Source of the DNA: Squalus acanthias
Lineage: Eukaryota
Assembly (NCBI GenBank): GCA_030390025.1
Contig: CM059440.1
Coordinates: forward strand, 63,240,001 to 63,304,000
Direction of reading: 5' to 3'
Length of the DNA stretch: 64,000 nt
The number at the start of each line of letters is the position of its first letter. Position 1 is the stretch's first letter. The position numbers and the translations under genes were made by a program. The notes below the pieces were generated by a model. It was given only the letters and a program-made list of their open reading frames with translations, made no database searches and had not been told where the DNA came from. Positions 12,810 to 25,720 of the stretch are shown here, piece by piece.

Positions 12810-13200
12810 GGGGAGAGTTGGTGCAATGGGTTAGTCTCTGGATTCTCACCACTGGGACTTAGTCTTAAGTTCAGCCCAGACTGATGGGCTGAATGTTCTA
12901 ACTGTGTGAAATGATTTTGTGGCAGTCTTAGCCCCATTCTGGATGTGCATGGATCCATAGTGCACAATTACCCCATATTTGGGATTGTGTTGGCAATCTG
13001 GGATAACCAGAGTGGCTAGTGTAGTAAAAGGAAATTCGTCATTTGAACTACAGGGGGCACTTTTCTAAAGTTGGGGCACAGTAAAGGGACCATTTCTCCA
13101 CATCCAAGCATGCTACACCTGATCCGAGTGTTTGAAATTCTGACATGAGGTGAATGAAATGCCACATGTTCCATCCCACAGCATTAACATGCTTCATGAT
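12810..13200 (+). mobile_element. LF-SINE-like ancient tRNA-derived SINE
   Basis: tRNA-like head, then TGTGAAATGA and GTTGGCAATCT blocks resembling the LF-SINE consensus as I recall it; related pieces at 31865-32160 and 43040-43090. Confidence 0.4.
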
Positions 13201-13371
13201 GAGCACTAAAAAGTAAAAGCACAAACATGGATGGATGTCTAGGGTTGTGTTATGGCGGCAGTGCCGATCTGGTGCTGTTCAGGCAGTCACATACAGATAT
13301 TGTAGATAGTTGAATATGAAGGTAACATTATAAAAAATAAAAAAAAATACTGCATAGCAAATTACATACAC

Positions 13372-13780
13372 TATCCAGGACAAAGCAGTCCACTTGATCG
13401 GCACCCCATCCACAAACTTAAACATCCACTCCCTCCACCATCGGTGTACCATGGCAGCAGTGTGTGCTATCTAAAGGATGCAGTGCAGCAACTTGCCAAA
13501 GCTGCTTCGGCAGCACCTCCCAAACCCACAACCTCCACCATTTAGAAGGACAAGGGCAGCAGGTTGATGGGAACACCATCCCAATGTCACCATCCTGCCG
13601 TGGGCATATATCGCCGTTCCTCCATTGCCACTGGGTCAATATTCTGCAACTTCCTATCTAACTGTATTGTGGGAGCACCTTCACTGCATGGATTGTAGCT
13701 GTTTAAGAAGGCGGCTCACCGCCACCTTCTCAAGGGCAACTCGGGGTGGCAATAAATTTGTCCAGGGAATGAATTAAAAA
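13372..13780 (+). mobile_element. 3' fragment of the non-LTR retrotransposon also found at 47335-48520
   Basis: ATCCAGGACAAAGCAG...CACCTTCTCAAGGGCAACT matches the reverse complement of 47340-47790. Confidence 0.8.
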
Positions 13781-14271
13781 AATTTGCTATAGTCCAATTC
13801 AAAATGATTAAATAACCACTAAAGGATAATTATTTTGGAAAATGCATTCAACTGAAGTATTTTGAACAAATGAAAATTAAATGTTGAGGCTGGCTTATGT
13901 CTTCCATCTGTATCGGATAAAATATTCATTAACATTCTGGGTGGAGCAGTGTTTTGAACCTGGGTTAAAATCTGATGTGAAAGCACTTTTTCCTCTGGCT
14001 GCTGGTTTGTTGGAGGAATGAGGTTAGGTAGTTTCAGGTAGATCCAAGTTCACAGCACACAAAAATGCCCACAATTGAGTCAAATGGATTCTAGTTACAG
14101 GATTGTTGGTATGAAAAATGTCAAACTGATGCACTGGAAGCTACTCTTCCCAAAGTTTGTTGGGGTGGGAACGTCTTTACTTTCTATCTAACCCTTGCTA
14201 CATCTGATTTGAAAAGTGCCTGACGTTGAGACTAGGTGCTGAAAATGTGTCCTTTCCTCGGGGCTAACGTT

Positions 14272-14570
14272 GCCCGAGGTCAGAAGGTTGTGGGTTCAGT
14301 CCTTGCATCCAAGGCTTGTGCACATAATCTTGGCTGACACTTGAGTGTCATGAATGAGTGCTGCATTGCCAGAGACACCATCCTTCGGGTAAGTTGTTAA
14401 ACCGAGATCCTGTGTGCCTTTTTTGGGTGGATGCTGAAGATCCCATGGCACTATTTGAAGTGTGGGAAATCTAGCTCATTGCTGTTTGTGGCACCTTGCT
14501 GCATAATTAATGGATTGGCTGTGAAGTGCTTTGGGCATCCTGAGGATGTGAAAGGCGCAAGTCCTTGTGG
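14272..14570 (+). mobile_element. Deu-domain SINE with internal deletion
   Basis: CAGAAGGTTGTGGGTTCA head remnant, GATCCCATGGCACTATTTGAAG core, L2-like tail. Confidence 0.7.
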
Positions 14571-14687
14571 CCAGGATTGCTCCTTTAGCCACAGCACCAA
14601 AAAGTCAAATTAACTGGCCACTGCCGTTTGTGGGATATTGCTGATATAGAATGGCTGCTATGTTTGCCTATGTAACAAACTGGGTGT

Positions 14688-14965
14688 CATAAATATAAGA
14701 GTCCCTCATTAATCCAGTATGGAATTCAGGAGAAACTTCTTTACCTAGAGTGTGGTGAGAATGTGGAACTTGCTACCACAAGGAGTAGTTGAGGCGAAAA
14801 GCATAGATGCATTTAAGGGGAAGCTAAATAAGTACATGAGGGGGAAAGGGAATAGAAGGATATGCCGATAGTGAGATGAAGAAGCGTGGGAGGAGGCTCG
14901 TGTGGAGCATGAAGACCGGCATAGACCAGTTAGGTTGAATGGCCTGTTTGCTGTTAATTCTGTGT
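14688..14965 (+). mobile_element. CR1-type LINE 3' end
   Basis: GAATTCAGGAGAAACTTCTTTACC...GAGGAGGCTCGTGTGGAGCAT; same family as 51085-51360 and 63105-63415. Confidence 0.85.
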
Positions 14966-16292
14966 AAATCTGCAACAATCGGCACATTTGGGGAAAAAAA
15001 TATCTTGTTCAGTGCTTTGATGTGCTACAGTTCTGCCTAATGCAAGTATTTATCTTCTGTATCTCACTGTCAATACAAAAATTTCCCCCAAGAGTTAACC
15101 AGCCCGAATCGTCAATCTGTGTAATTGGAGTGAGTGAAGTCAAATTTAGAAAGCATTTTGTGATGGCTCAGTCTGAAATGGCTGAACGCTCTACTCAACC
15201 CTGTGTACCTTTTTTAAAAAAAAAATGTTGATGTGCTTTTCAAAGCAGAGGTTGACACTGCTTCAGGCACTTACCAAGTGAGTAATCTAAAATGTGCCCT
15301 CGCTTCACTTGACTGTTTGGATTTTATAACCGTATGCTGTTCGACTGCACCTTTCCACTTACTGAATTTATCACTGATGTGGTTGTGTATTCACCATCAT
15401 CTGGGCACTGGAAACTTAAAAAATCAAAACCTTCAATAAACCTGTAGTTTTGAGGGGGCTGTATAAGAATAGAACACTTTCTGACTTTATACTTGCAAAT
15501 AGCGTGCAGCATGAGTTAGATGCAGACTAAAGCTGACATTTGTACTCCAGCAATGTACCTGGAACCGAGCCTCAAGTGTCACTGTGCAGCAGTGTGATTG
15601 CCATTTGCCATGCAACCAATCTGAGTGAAAGTATCATGGTTTGTGCATAAGAAATAGGAGCAGGAGTTTTGAGCCTGCTCCACCATTCAGTAAGATCGTG
15701 GCTGATCATCTACCTCAACTCCACCATCCTGCACTATCCCCATATCCTTTGGTTCCCTAAATAGGAACTGGGTTGAAACTAATTTCACTTGGCTGTCTCC
15801 CTCAAAGAGGGGAGCCTTTAATCCATCAGTCTAGGTTGGATTTGAGTCCAAAGAAAGATTATGTACTTTTTGAAATGTTAGCTAATGGTTAGTGAACTGG
15901 GCATGTTAGTCAAGCTGATCTTGAGTGGATGCATTTGTCACGCTGGTGCCTCAGTCTTTGATTTTTCTGTGCCCACCTCCACTCCTTTGGGGGGAAATAA
16001 CTGATTCCTGTTTGGTGCCTCCTCATACAAGTGCAGCTTTGGGAAGCTCTGGACTTTATTGGAGCATTTTTTTTTAAATTGAAGTATTTTGTGCTCCAAA
16101 TCTGTTTGCATACCTACGATTTGCAAAGGTGGGAGACCATATGTCTGAAAATGTTATTTTCTGCTAACCAATTTACATCCTTAACCTGAAATTCTGTTTA
16201 GGCAGATGAGTTTAAATTTTCATTCATGCATAGAATTCAAAACCATAGTCCTCATTTGCAAGTCCTCTGCAATCTCTCCAGCTCTCTGTCCC

Positions 16293-16622
16293 AGGCCTAC
16301 ACTTCAGTGCAGTACTGAAGGGAGTGCTGCATTGTCAGAGGTGCTGTTAAACCAAGGCCTCTTCGGTGGATGTAAAGGATCCCACGGCACTATTTTGAAG
16401 AGCAGGAGAGTTGTCCCTGGTGTCCTGGTCAATATTTATCCAGCAACCAACATCACTAAAACAGATTATCTGCTTAGTATCACCTTGCTGTTTGCAAATT
16501 GGCTGCTGTGTTTCCTACATTACAGCAGTGACTGCACTTCAAAAGCTTCATTGGTTGTAAAGCACTTTGGGACATCCTGAGGTTGTGAAAGGTGCTGTGC
16601 TATAGAAATGCAAGTTCTTTCT
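16293..16622 (+). mobile_element. Deu-domain SINE (5' truncated)
   Basis: Near-colinear with 31392-31775; ends in CTATAGAAATGCAAGTTCTTTCTTT. Confidence 0.8.
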
Positions 16623-18829
16623 TTCAGGCCTTGTTTTTTGGTCCCCCTCATTCTGGCCTGTGCATGCTGCACTCCCACCATCGGTGGAAGAGTTTTCACG
16701 GATCTCTGCCCTGCTGTCTGGCGCACTCTTCCCAAAACGAGCTGTCTTGCTACTTCTCCCTGCATTCAAAAGCCTCCTTGAAACCTCAGCCATGCTTTTG
16801 ATCTTTTCTAACTCTTCTAATGTTCTCCTATGAAGCACCATTGGAAACTTTCAACATTAAAGTTGCTATATAAATGCGACTCTATTATCTGTAAGGGAGA
16901 GTAGAATAACACTAGGAACAGTAGAAATTGCTATAGATCCAAATGATAGGCTAGGTACTGTCCGATTTGTAAAATGTGCCACAAATGAAACATTCCAGTC
17001 ATCTGAAGTGCTAGAAGTTGTGTTTTGCCACTTTGCACATAACAAAATCGTGCTTGGTATAGTAAGACTGCTATCTAATAGACATTGACCCCAAGAATAC
17101 TGGAAGGGGGGGATAACAAATTGTGAACTGTTCCACCACTTGGTTGCATGAAAATCTGTATAAAGCTCATCAAAATAGGACATGGATTCTTCACTGTGAT
17201 TCCTTACATAACAAATGCACAATCCTGGCTGTGGAATTAGGAGCCAGGGAAGAGCCTGAACATGGGGAAAAAACACATTGTTCCTGACTCTTCTGCCCTG
17301 CCCTTTGGGCTGCTTGAGAGCCCTGTTGGGAGTCACTTGCTCACCCTCTTGGATAGAGAACTGAAGAAATGAAAAACAATGAACCTGCATTTATATAGCG
17401 CTGTCACGTCCTCAGGACATCCAAAACACTACACGTCAAACAAATTACTTCTGAAGTGTGGTCACTGTTTTGTAGGTAAATGTCGCACTAAAGAAGGAAA
17501 GATATTGAACAATTCCTAATTGGCCAAAGAAAATGTTACCTAAATTAACAAAATATCTAAATAATGTAACTGGCTAGCTTGTATTGAAATTAAACCATAT
17601 TTGGCTGACATTTGGTATGCTGCCCTCTTGTGCCATATTTACAAGAACTAAGCTCTGTTTTGCTAGCTCTTACATTTTTGCCTTCTCCTTGGTGATCTTG
17701 GTGGCATTGCTAGGAGTTCTGTTAAACGCTGCTGTAATTGTGCCCCTAGTGTATGTTCAGTGAGAACATTGTCGAGGGTCGGAAAATAAAGATTCTGAAA
17801 ACGTTGGGTTTGTAATAAATCTTTATCAGAACTTAAAATTGTCAACTTTTGCTTCATCAATAACTATGAAGCAGAGATCGTGTTTATTCAGCCGTGATGG
17901 AGTGTGTAACAATAGGTGCTGCTCTGTGACAAAGAGCTGCTTTTATACAGAGCCACCTCCTTTCAGATTCTGGGAGACTGGCATCAGTGAGCTGACTTCC
18001 TGTGTTTGAGCTACTAACTCGGTTCTTCCAGCAGACTTGTAGGTCCAGTTTTCCAAGGGTTTGCCTTTAGGATAAGGAAGGGTGATTTAGTAAAGTAGAT
18101 GGCGGTTGCCTGGAACCCAAACTAAGATGGTGCTCATACAAAGCACCCATATTAACTTGTAATTGTGAATGGAGCCTCTTAGCCAATGGTTAGTGATTAA
18201 TTGTGTTCTAACGATACTTTTGTTGGAAAGGAGTGTTCCTCTATTGATGCTCCCAAATCTAAATTGAGACCTTTAGAATGCCAATGGCATTGCAGATGTT
18301 CATGGGTCTTGCCATCTGTTGTCCATTTGAAGTGCCTGCTATCCTGCTCAATGCACAAAGCCATTTCTGTACATCTGTGTGCTAGTGAAATGATGCAAGC
18401 ATACATTTATATATAAAAATAAGATCGAATGCTAACCACGGAAAGTTGGGCATCAGGCCTGATGAAAGCTGTGAAAATTCAGCTGCTGCGTTGAGACTTC
18501 CCCAATGAAACATCAGATAATACATGCATTGTATCAATACTGTAGAGACACGACCAGGTGAACAGTACAGGGGGAATATTTCTGCCACAACTGCCCTCTT
18601 GTTTGTTTTTTTTAGCTCACTTGATTGATGGCATGACTAAAAAAAATTGTATTGTGCATCCTGCACTCCTGAACCCAATTAAGCCCTTGAAGGAAGAAGA
18701 TGGTACAACTAGTGATTATTTTCTGTGTGCCTTGAAAAAGAAAATGCTGACTTGCTAACCAATTACTGTATTATGTTGAATATCTACGAATCTTTGAAAT
18801 TGGTGTAGAGCTGTTGGTTGTTGGATTTA

Positions 18830-19250
18830 AAGGTGCTGAAAATCCTGGGACAGATGCCATATATCCTAGGGTGCTAAAGAAGGTCTAGTTCCATGAGGAA
18901 CTGGCTATAGTTATGAAAAAAAAACTGGATGCTCAGGTTCTGTAGATGCAAACGCAACACCTACATTTAAAAATAATGGGGACAGATCTGACCCAGGAAA
19001 AGGCAAATTAAGCCTCCGTAACGTCAGTAGTGGGTAAAAGTTTACAAAGGGCCGGGCTGGAGGAGTACATTTAAAACAACAGATCGGTAAGAAACAAGAT
19101 GGACTTAGGAAGAGGGCTTCCTACTTGACAAACTTCTGATTTATGCTTTGAGCATGTTGCGAATGATGTAGATAATGGCACTGTGTGCAAGATGTAGTTT
19201 ATTTGTAATTTTGGAACGGTATTGACCAAATTCCGGACTATTAATAAAAC
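18830..19250 (+). mobile_element. Highly decayed CR1 ORF2 (N-terminal part of RT) fragment
   Basis: Remnants readable as PG.D.IYPRVLK, ANATPTFK, GDRSDPG and TSVVGK across frameshifts. Confidence 0.55.
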
Positions 19251-20841
19251 TAAATAACTAGCGAGTCCAAGGTAGTACGTGAGACCAATTAAGTCGACAC
19301 TTGATGCCAAGGCTCTCGTGTGAAGATGACTGTTGGCATCCATGGAACTAGGCTCAGTATGTGTCAGCGCCTTAGAACAAATGATTATTGGAGGGCTGAT
19401 TTTTTTTTGAAGAGTCTGGGGTACTTTCTCACCTCCAGATGGTCTAGGTCACTGTCTGACTGAAGTCAGCCTGGACAGGAACACATAGTTAAACTGAAGT
19501 GACTCACAAAGTAATTTTAGTTGTATCATCGAATAAGTGAACTACTTCCAGGAGAGAAAAAGTACAGTGCTTTTTGGGCCATAAACAATTTGCACGTAGA
19601 ATAATAAACTGCAAGATGTCAAAGGCAGTAACTCTTGAGGCATTAATATATTCACTGCTATAAATAAAACTTCAGGAACTATGTGTAATGCTCACAAAGG
19701 AATAAAAGCAACTTTCGTGTGAGGTAATGCAAAAAGTGTTTTGTGAATTAAGTGTAGCGAAATGGATGTGGTGAGAACACTTGAGATGAAAATAAATCAA
19801 TGTGCTGGAAATCTCTAACCCAAGTGCTGGAAATGCACAGCAGGTCTCTCAGTATCTGCGAGACACAAGACTAGTTAATGCATTGAGCAGAGATCCTTTA
19901 TTAGAAGATCCTGTTCTCTTTAGATGCTGATGGACTTGATGTGTCCTTCAAGCATTTACTGTCTCCTTTCCATTTCTCTTCTCCCTTTCCCCCTCCCCAC
20001 AATCAATTTACTTTTCTCCCCATCTCTCCTGAAGACATTTACTTTGCTGAAGTACTGGTCCATAGGCTCCCAGCCCTCCGGTTCCTCGCCAGAGTAGCCA
20101 TTCTTTATGTGGGAGCTAGACAGTGTGTACTGAGCAAAATATCAAACTAAGAATTATTTGAGTAAATATAGAAAGTTAAATCTTTAGACATAATTTAAGC
20201 AATATTGTAAATTGGGGAGTCAATGGAATGCAATTAAACACATTTGGGGTGGAATATGGCATTGCACTACGGAGCATTCCAAGGCACTGTGGAATGGTGC
20301 TGTCTAGCCTACACCAGTGCCAGCAATGCAAGGCTTCACAATCGACCCTGATTTCTTTTATCGGCAGATGCCCCTACACATGCTCTTTGCAGCAGAGGTC
20401 AATGGATAGCCATTGGCTGTGAGAACGCTGGCTAAGTTTTTTTTTCCTCTCCTAGTCAAGGGACACTGAGTGGATTCACAGCACAACAATCTAACGCTGG
20501 CTGAGATCAACCATCTCGACACAGGCCAGGAAACGAACATGGGACCTTTTGGTCTGTATGGCTTAGCACGACAGTGAGCAGTGTCTTTACCCACTAGGTC
20601 ATCGGGGTGCAAGGACTGTGTTCTGTTTTTATTCCCATGGAAGCATCTCGCCAACATTGAGGCTTCTTATGCTCTGGAATTTGTCCTGTTTACATTGCAG
20701 CCTGCATCTTTGAAGCACCGATGCCATATTCAGCACTACAATTTTAAAGCAACTTTACAGCTTCAGTACCAGAGAAAGGTGTGCACAGATCATAAATGGG
20801 AGGGTGCGCACAGATTATCAATGCAGAAACTGAGCAAAATC

Positions 20842-21112
20842 ATAGGAAAAGGAGGAGGCCATTCAGCCCTTCGAGCTTGTTCCACCATTCAATTAGATCG
20901 TGGCTCATCTGTATTTTAACTCCATTTACCCACCTTGGTTCCATATTCCTTAATACCCTTGCCTAACAAAAATATATAAAATCCCAGTTTTTGGGGGGAG
21001 AGTGTTCCAGATTTCCTCTACCCTTTGTGTAAAGAATTCCTGACATCACCCCTGAACGGCCTAGCTTTAATGTTAATGCCCCCTTGGACTCACCCACCAG
21101 AGGAAATAATCT
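20842..21112 (-). mobile_element. CR1-type LINE 3' end
   Basis: Reverse complement of the family at 41930-42255. Confidence 0.75.
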
Positions 21113-21644
21113 TCTACACTCCGATCTTCTATACAAGCCTAGTCTGCAGCCTGCGACATCCCGTGCCACCTGCGGCATGTGATAAGCCACTTTGAGGTGG
21201 ATCTACACACTGCCAGAAACATTGGCGCTGCATTGTTTATATTAGTGTTTGGTGACTGCCGCAAACACCTCGCTAATCTCCCTTTTAATTACCCTCGGGG
21301 CGCATAGAATTCAGGCACTTTGACTGAAAGGCTGCTGATTGCAGATGTGTAGGTTTTGAGTGGTCGACTGAAGTCGGCCATATAAATGACCGCTTCCATA
21401 CAGGCAGGTGCAGCCACTTTTTGTGGAACTAGTGATCTGCCTCGATCTCTTCCTGCGGCCTACTAAACACATGATTCATTGTGTTGCCGCGCTTGAGCCC
21501 TGATGTAAAATATCACGATGCAAGCATGCCGATGTACAGCACTAGTCTAGCATTAAAATAAAAGAGCTCCTGGCAATTGCACAACCTTAAATTGATGACC
21601 ATCTGATAGACACTAAATGTGTTTGTTTATCTTGTAATCCAGAA

Positions 21645-21940
21645 CTGAGAAGTTATACCTATCAGGAATGGTTGAACAGGCTGTGGGGCTCTTTTCTCTA
21701 GAAAAGAGAAGGCTGAAGGGTGACCTGAGAGGTGTCTTTAAGATTATGAAAGTGTTTCATAGGGAGTAATTGAGGCGAGTAACAGATGCATTTAAGGGGA
21801 AGCTAGATAAATCATGAGGGAAAAAGGAGTAGAAGGTTATGCTAATAGGGTAAGATGAAGTAGGGCGAGAGGAGGCTCGTGTGGAGCATAAACACCGGCA
21901 TAGACCAGTTGGGCCAAATGGCCTGTTTCTATGCTGTACA
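21645..21940 (+). mobile_element. CR1-type LINE 3' end with internal deletion
   Basis: LFSLEKRRL.GDL coding remnant joined to the family 3' UTR. Confidence 0.8.
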
Positions 21941-22044
21941 CTCGATTTAGCATCAAATTCCTGTCTACTGTGTGCATCATGACTGGCTGTGACTGTGTTG
22001 ATTCGATAGTCTCCAATTTTGGTGTTTGCTTTCAGAGACTAAAG

Positions 22045-22345
22045 AAAAGACTTCCATTTATATTGCACCTTTCGCTACCTCCAGACATCCCAAAGCATTT
22101 ACAGCCAATGAGTCACTGTTGTAATGTAGGAAACGCGGCAGCCAATTTGCACACTGCAAGCTCCCACAAACAGCAATAAGATACATGACCAGATAATCTG
22201 TTCTAGTGATATTGGTGGAGGATAAATGTTGGGCAGGACACTGGGGAGAACTCCCCATCTCTACTTCAAAATAGTATGGGATCTTTTATGACCACATGAG
22301 AGGGCAGACGGGGGGGGGCCTCAGTTTAGGGCCTCATCCGAAAGA
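22045..22345 (-). mobile_element. Deu-domain SINE, 3' portion
   Basis: Reverse complement of 31480-31775. Confidence 0.8.
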
Positions 22346-25300
22346 CTAATTAATTATATATATATATATTTTGGTGGAGCATGATACATATAGATTGACT
22401 TTGCTGTCACAAGACCCAGCGTAAACATAAAATCACTTTTAAATACAACTGTCCTCTGAACAGTTGAGATATAAGTGGACTCTTGTGCTGCAGGTAAGTC
22501 GGAACTAGCCTGCTGAGCCTATTAAACTGTGTCTTTTGGACATAGCTCAAATTAAAAGTACAATCCAAAATGTTGCCATCGGTATTGTTGAAAAAGCTTG
22601 TATGCAACATGTATGCACAGTCATAAATATAATTTTTTTTAAAATCTGTGAACCTTTGATCTACAGTAAACTCTTGGGAGAAAGGAGGTTTAACTGCATA
22701 GATTAAGTCTGCAAAGGGTATAATAAGATAAATTGTGTCTTTAAGCATTTGGGTGAGCGACATTATGAAGGAGGTAGACCGCATGTGGATGTGTTCTGGA
22801 ATGAAATCTTTCCTAATTGTCCAAGTTGGGATAACTAACCTAAACACAGCCTGGCCCTGAAAAGCAAATTTTGGGTTTCTCTTCCCTCAGCCAGGATGCC
22901 GAGGCCTGTTGTTTCATCCTTGTTGCTGCCCTGTATTTGATCAGCCGCTCCTTGGTCTGAATAGCTCAGTGACTAAGCTCAATGCGTCATTGAGGGACCC
23001 AGAAAAACACTGGCTTTTGCTTGTGGGTGGAGTTGATAAGTAGGTAAGAAGGAATGAAGTATGCTAGCACTTGATGGATTTTCGAGAAGACGTGCACTGT
23101 TTTTAATAGGGATGGACTACACCTAAATGAGAATAGATAATTAGGTCACAAATTCTGTGATGTGGTTAAGGAAGTAATTAATACTGTGTAAGGAAGGAAT
23201 TACTTGCCTTGGAAAATAGTCAAAAGAAATTCCATTACCTCTGTTCATTGCCGATACCCCATTTTGGTTGCTGTGCATTGCAGCAGTTGCATTGAATAGG
23301 GCTAGGAGAATACTGATAAATAGAATTAACCTTTTATTCAGGTTATACCTCTTCTCCATTTCCTTCCTTTCGCCCAATTTTCTACAGTTCCATCAGTACC
23401 TCCCCCCCCAACCTATAGTTTTGTGTGTATATATTATACGCACGCAATCGATTTTGTTTTTATACACATACTTGATTCAGACTTACAGCTGTGATTTTTC
23501 CCTCTTGGGGAATAGCAAACCGATTTGAGCATGAGGTTGTGATATCATCAGAGGCTTATAGAGCCAATTTAGGAAGAAACGCCCAGCCGATAGACTCGTT
23601 TGATTTTTTCCACTGTTGTCTGGGTGTAATTCTGAGTGTGCTGTGAGTATACTTGTACAGTGCGTAAATGACCTGAACTTTCAAATGAAAGTTTACTTCA
23701 TGTCAGAGCCACTAACATCATTGCTAATGGCAGTAAATGCTGGTGTCTGTATTGTACAGTATGTATTCACATTAATACGGAATTATTTTTAGTTTTCCAA
23801 TGGAAGCAGCCTAGAAGCCTTTAGTATTGGGGCTGGGTGCATGGTAATGGAGAGATTAAGGCAACCCACTTTCTATTTGTCAACCAGATGTCTGATGCAC
23901 ACACAAACCCATCACCGCTTGAGTCTCCAAACCAAACTACAGAGAGTTCCATACCAATGGAGTCCCAGTTTGCCCGATAGAATACACGCTGTCGTCCCCA
24001 AAGAAGCACACCCACTTACATAGTCCAGAGTTTAGGTGAGGTTGGCAGAACCAAGGCCTAGGGATGATCAAGTGTGCGCAGCAGTACTGCTGGGGTTTAA
24101 CCAGATAAAAGTGCACAAAGCCTTGGCAGGCTGCTAGCTGCTTGTTCAGCCAGTACCACATTGATTTGCAGAGTTATCATTGGCTTGCATGGTTATCAGG
24201 AGCCAAAAGGGAATAATTCCAGCCCTCCGTGATTGATCTATCAGGCAGGCTGGTCAATTGTCAGTGGTATTCTGAAGTGCTGCCTGGCTTGGGTATTGGA
24301 TTACTGAGCCTGCCACAGAGGTTTGACTTGGTTCCAAAGTCTATGAAGCCTATGGTGTTTTATACAACTTGTGCCAGTTTGGTGATTTTTTTTTAAATAA
24401 AAACTTTGCTTGCCACTTTTCCTTTTGCACTCCTCCTTCTCTGAAGACATTGACTCTTGCAAGGGTACGGCTTAATGATTGCACTCTGATATCCTAAACC
24501 AAGTGGCCATTCTTCATGAGCAATTCTTGGCAGGCTGTTTTACTGATGTGTTGGGGCCAACCTAGCTGTGCCTGACCCTGCCCTCACCTGACATCCAGCT
24601 CTGGGCAATGGACGGTGATCAAGAGCAGGAACTCTGGCTGATTTCCAAAACCTAACTATTACCTTTTTATTAAAATGTTATTTATTGGTGTTAAAGATAT
24701 CTACCTCCAAAACAAATTGCACCCGATGCCATCTGCTTTCAAAAAAGGACTGATGGCTTCAAGAACCTAATTGTACAGCAGGGGTGTTTTTTCTTTGTGG
24801 ATTTCCTGATGCAATTCATGGAGCCTTGAAGCTACATACAAAGTGTAAATCCACATTCTCGTGAATTTGCTTTTATCTCCGAGATAAGAAAGTGAAGCAG
24901 AAATAGTAGTTTGAAGGCCAGTTACCAAGGCTTGGGGGCTGCATGTAGCAGTGGGACTGAAGGTTGGGCAGCCATGGTGTGTAGGACATGAATTGTCAAC
25001 TCCAAAATTGCCTGTGCAGTTAGACCACTTGCCACTATGTTGAACTCCATTGCATTGATGGACTTAGTAATGCCTCCAGTCCTCGGGTATCGTCAGTACT
25101 CCGATTAAACAAATATTCAAATCGCTAGAAAAATCTCAATGGATATTGAAATTTATTCATTCTTTCGTTTCCTCGACCGTTTCATCTGAAGGCTGAGACT
25201 GTGGCTGGAATGCCGTTCCAGCGGGCTTGTACCATGCGGGAGTGGCCAGTTCTTAACGAGCCAGTCTGGATAATGAATGCTCGCGGGTTATTTTACTGGA

Positions 25301-25490
25301 AGGGCAACGCAATTGAACCTGATCGTGTCCTCTCCTCCCAACACATGCATACAGTCTCTTAAGAAGGAGTCACTGTGGTGATCAAAATTAGGAACCCTGG
25401 CTTTATTCCCATCCCATCCATCCCCCTAATAGTGAGGTACTGAGGCCATTTGAAGGGCTGAGGTACTGTTCTCTTGCTTCAATTTTTAGA

Positions 25491-25720
25491 GGTGAGGACT
25501 TTTGGATAAGAAAATTGGAGTTAACCAACCCAAAAGATTTGAAAATGCAAAAATTCTGATTGCAAACACTAGTATGGATACAGACAAAATTAAGATATTT
25601 GGTTGTCGTGTGCGAGTAAATTCTACAGCAAAAGTTGCAGAGATTGAACTGGCTGAAAAGAAAAAGATGAAAGAGAAGGTGGATCAAATCCTGAAACATG
25701 GGATTAATTCTTTTATCAGT
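25491..25720 (+). pseudogene. CCT2: Intronless internal fragment of CCT2 (TCP-1 beta chaperonin) inside YTHDF2 intron 4
   Basis: Translates as [73 protein letters not shown], closely matching human CCT2 [73 protein letters not shown]. No other CCT2 sequence was seen in the window. Confidence 0.88.
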
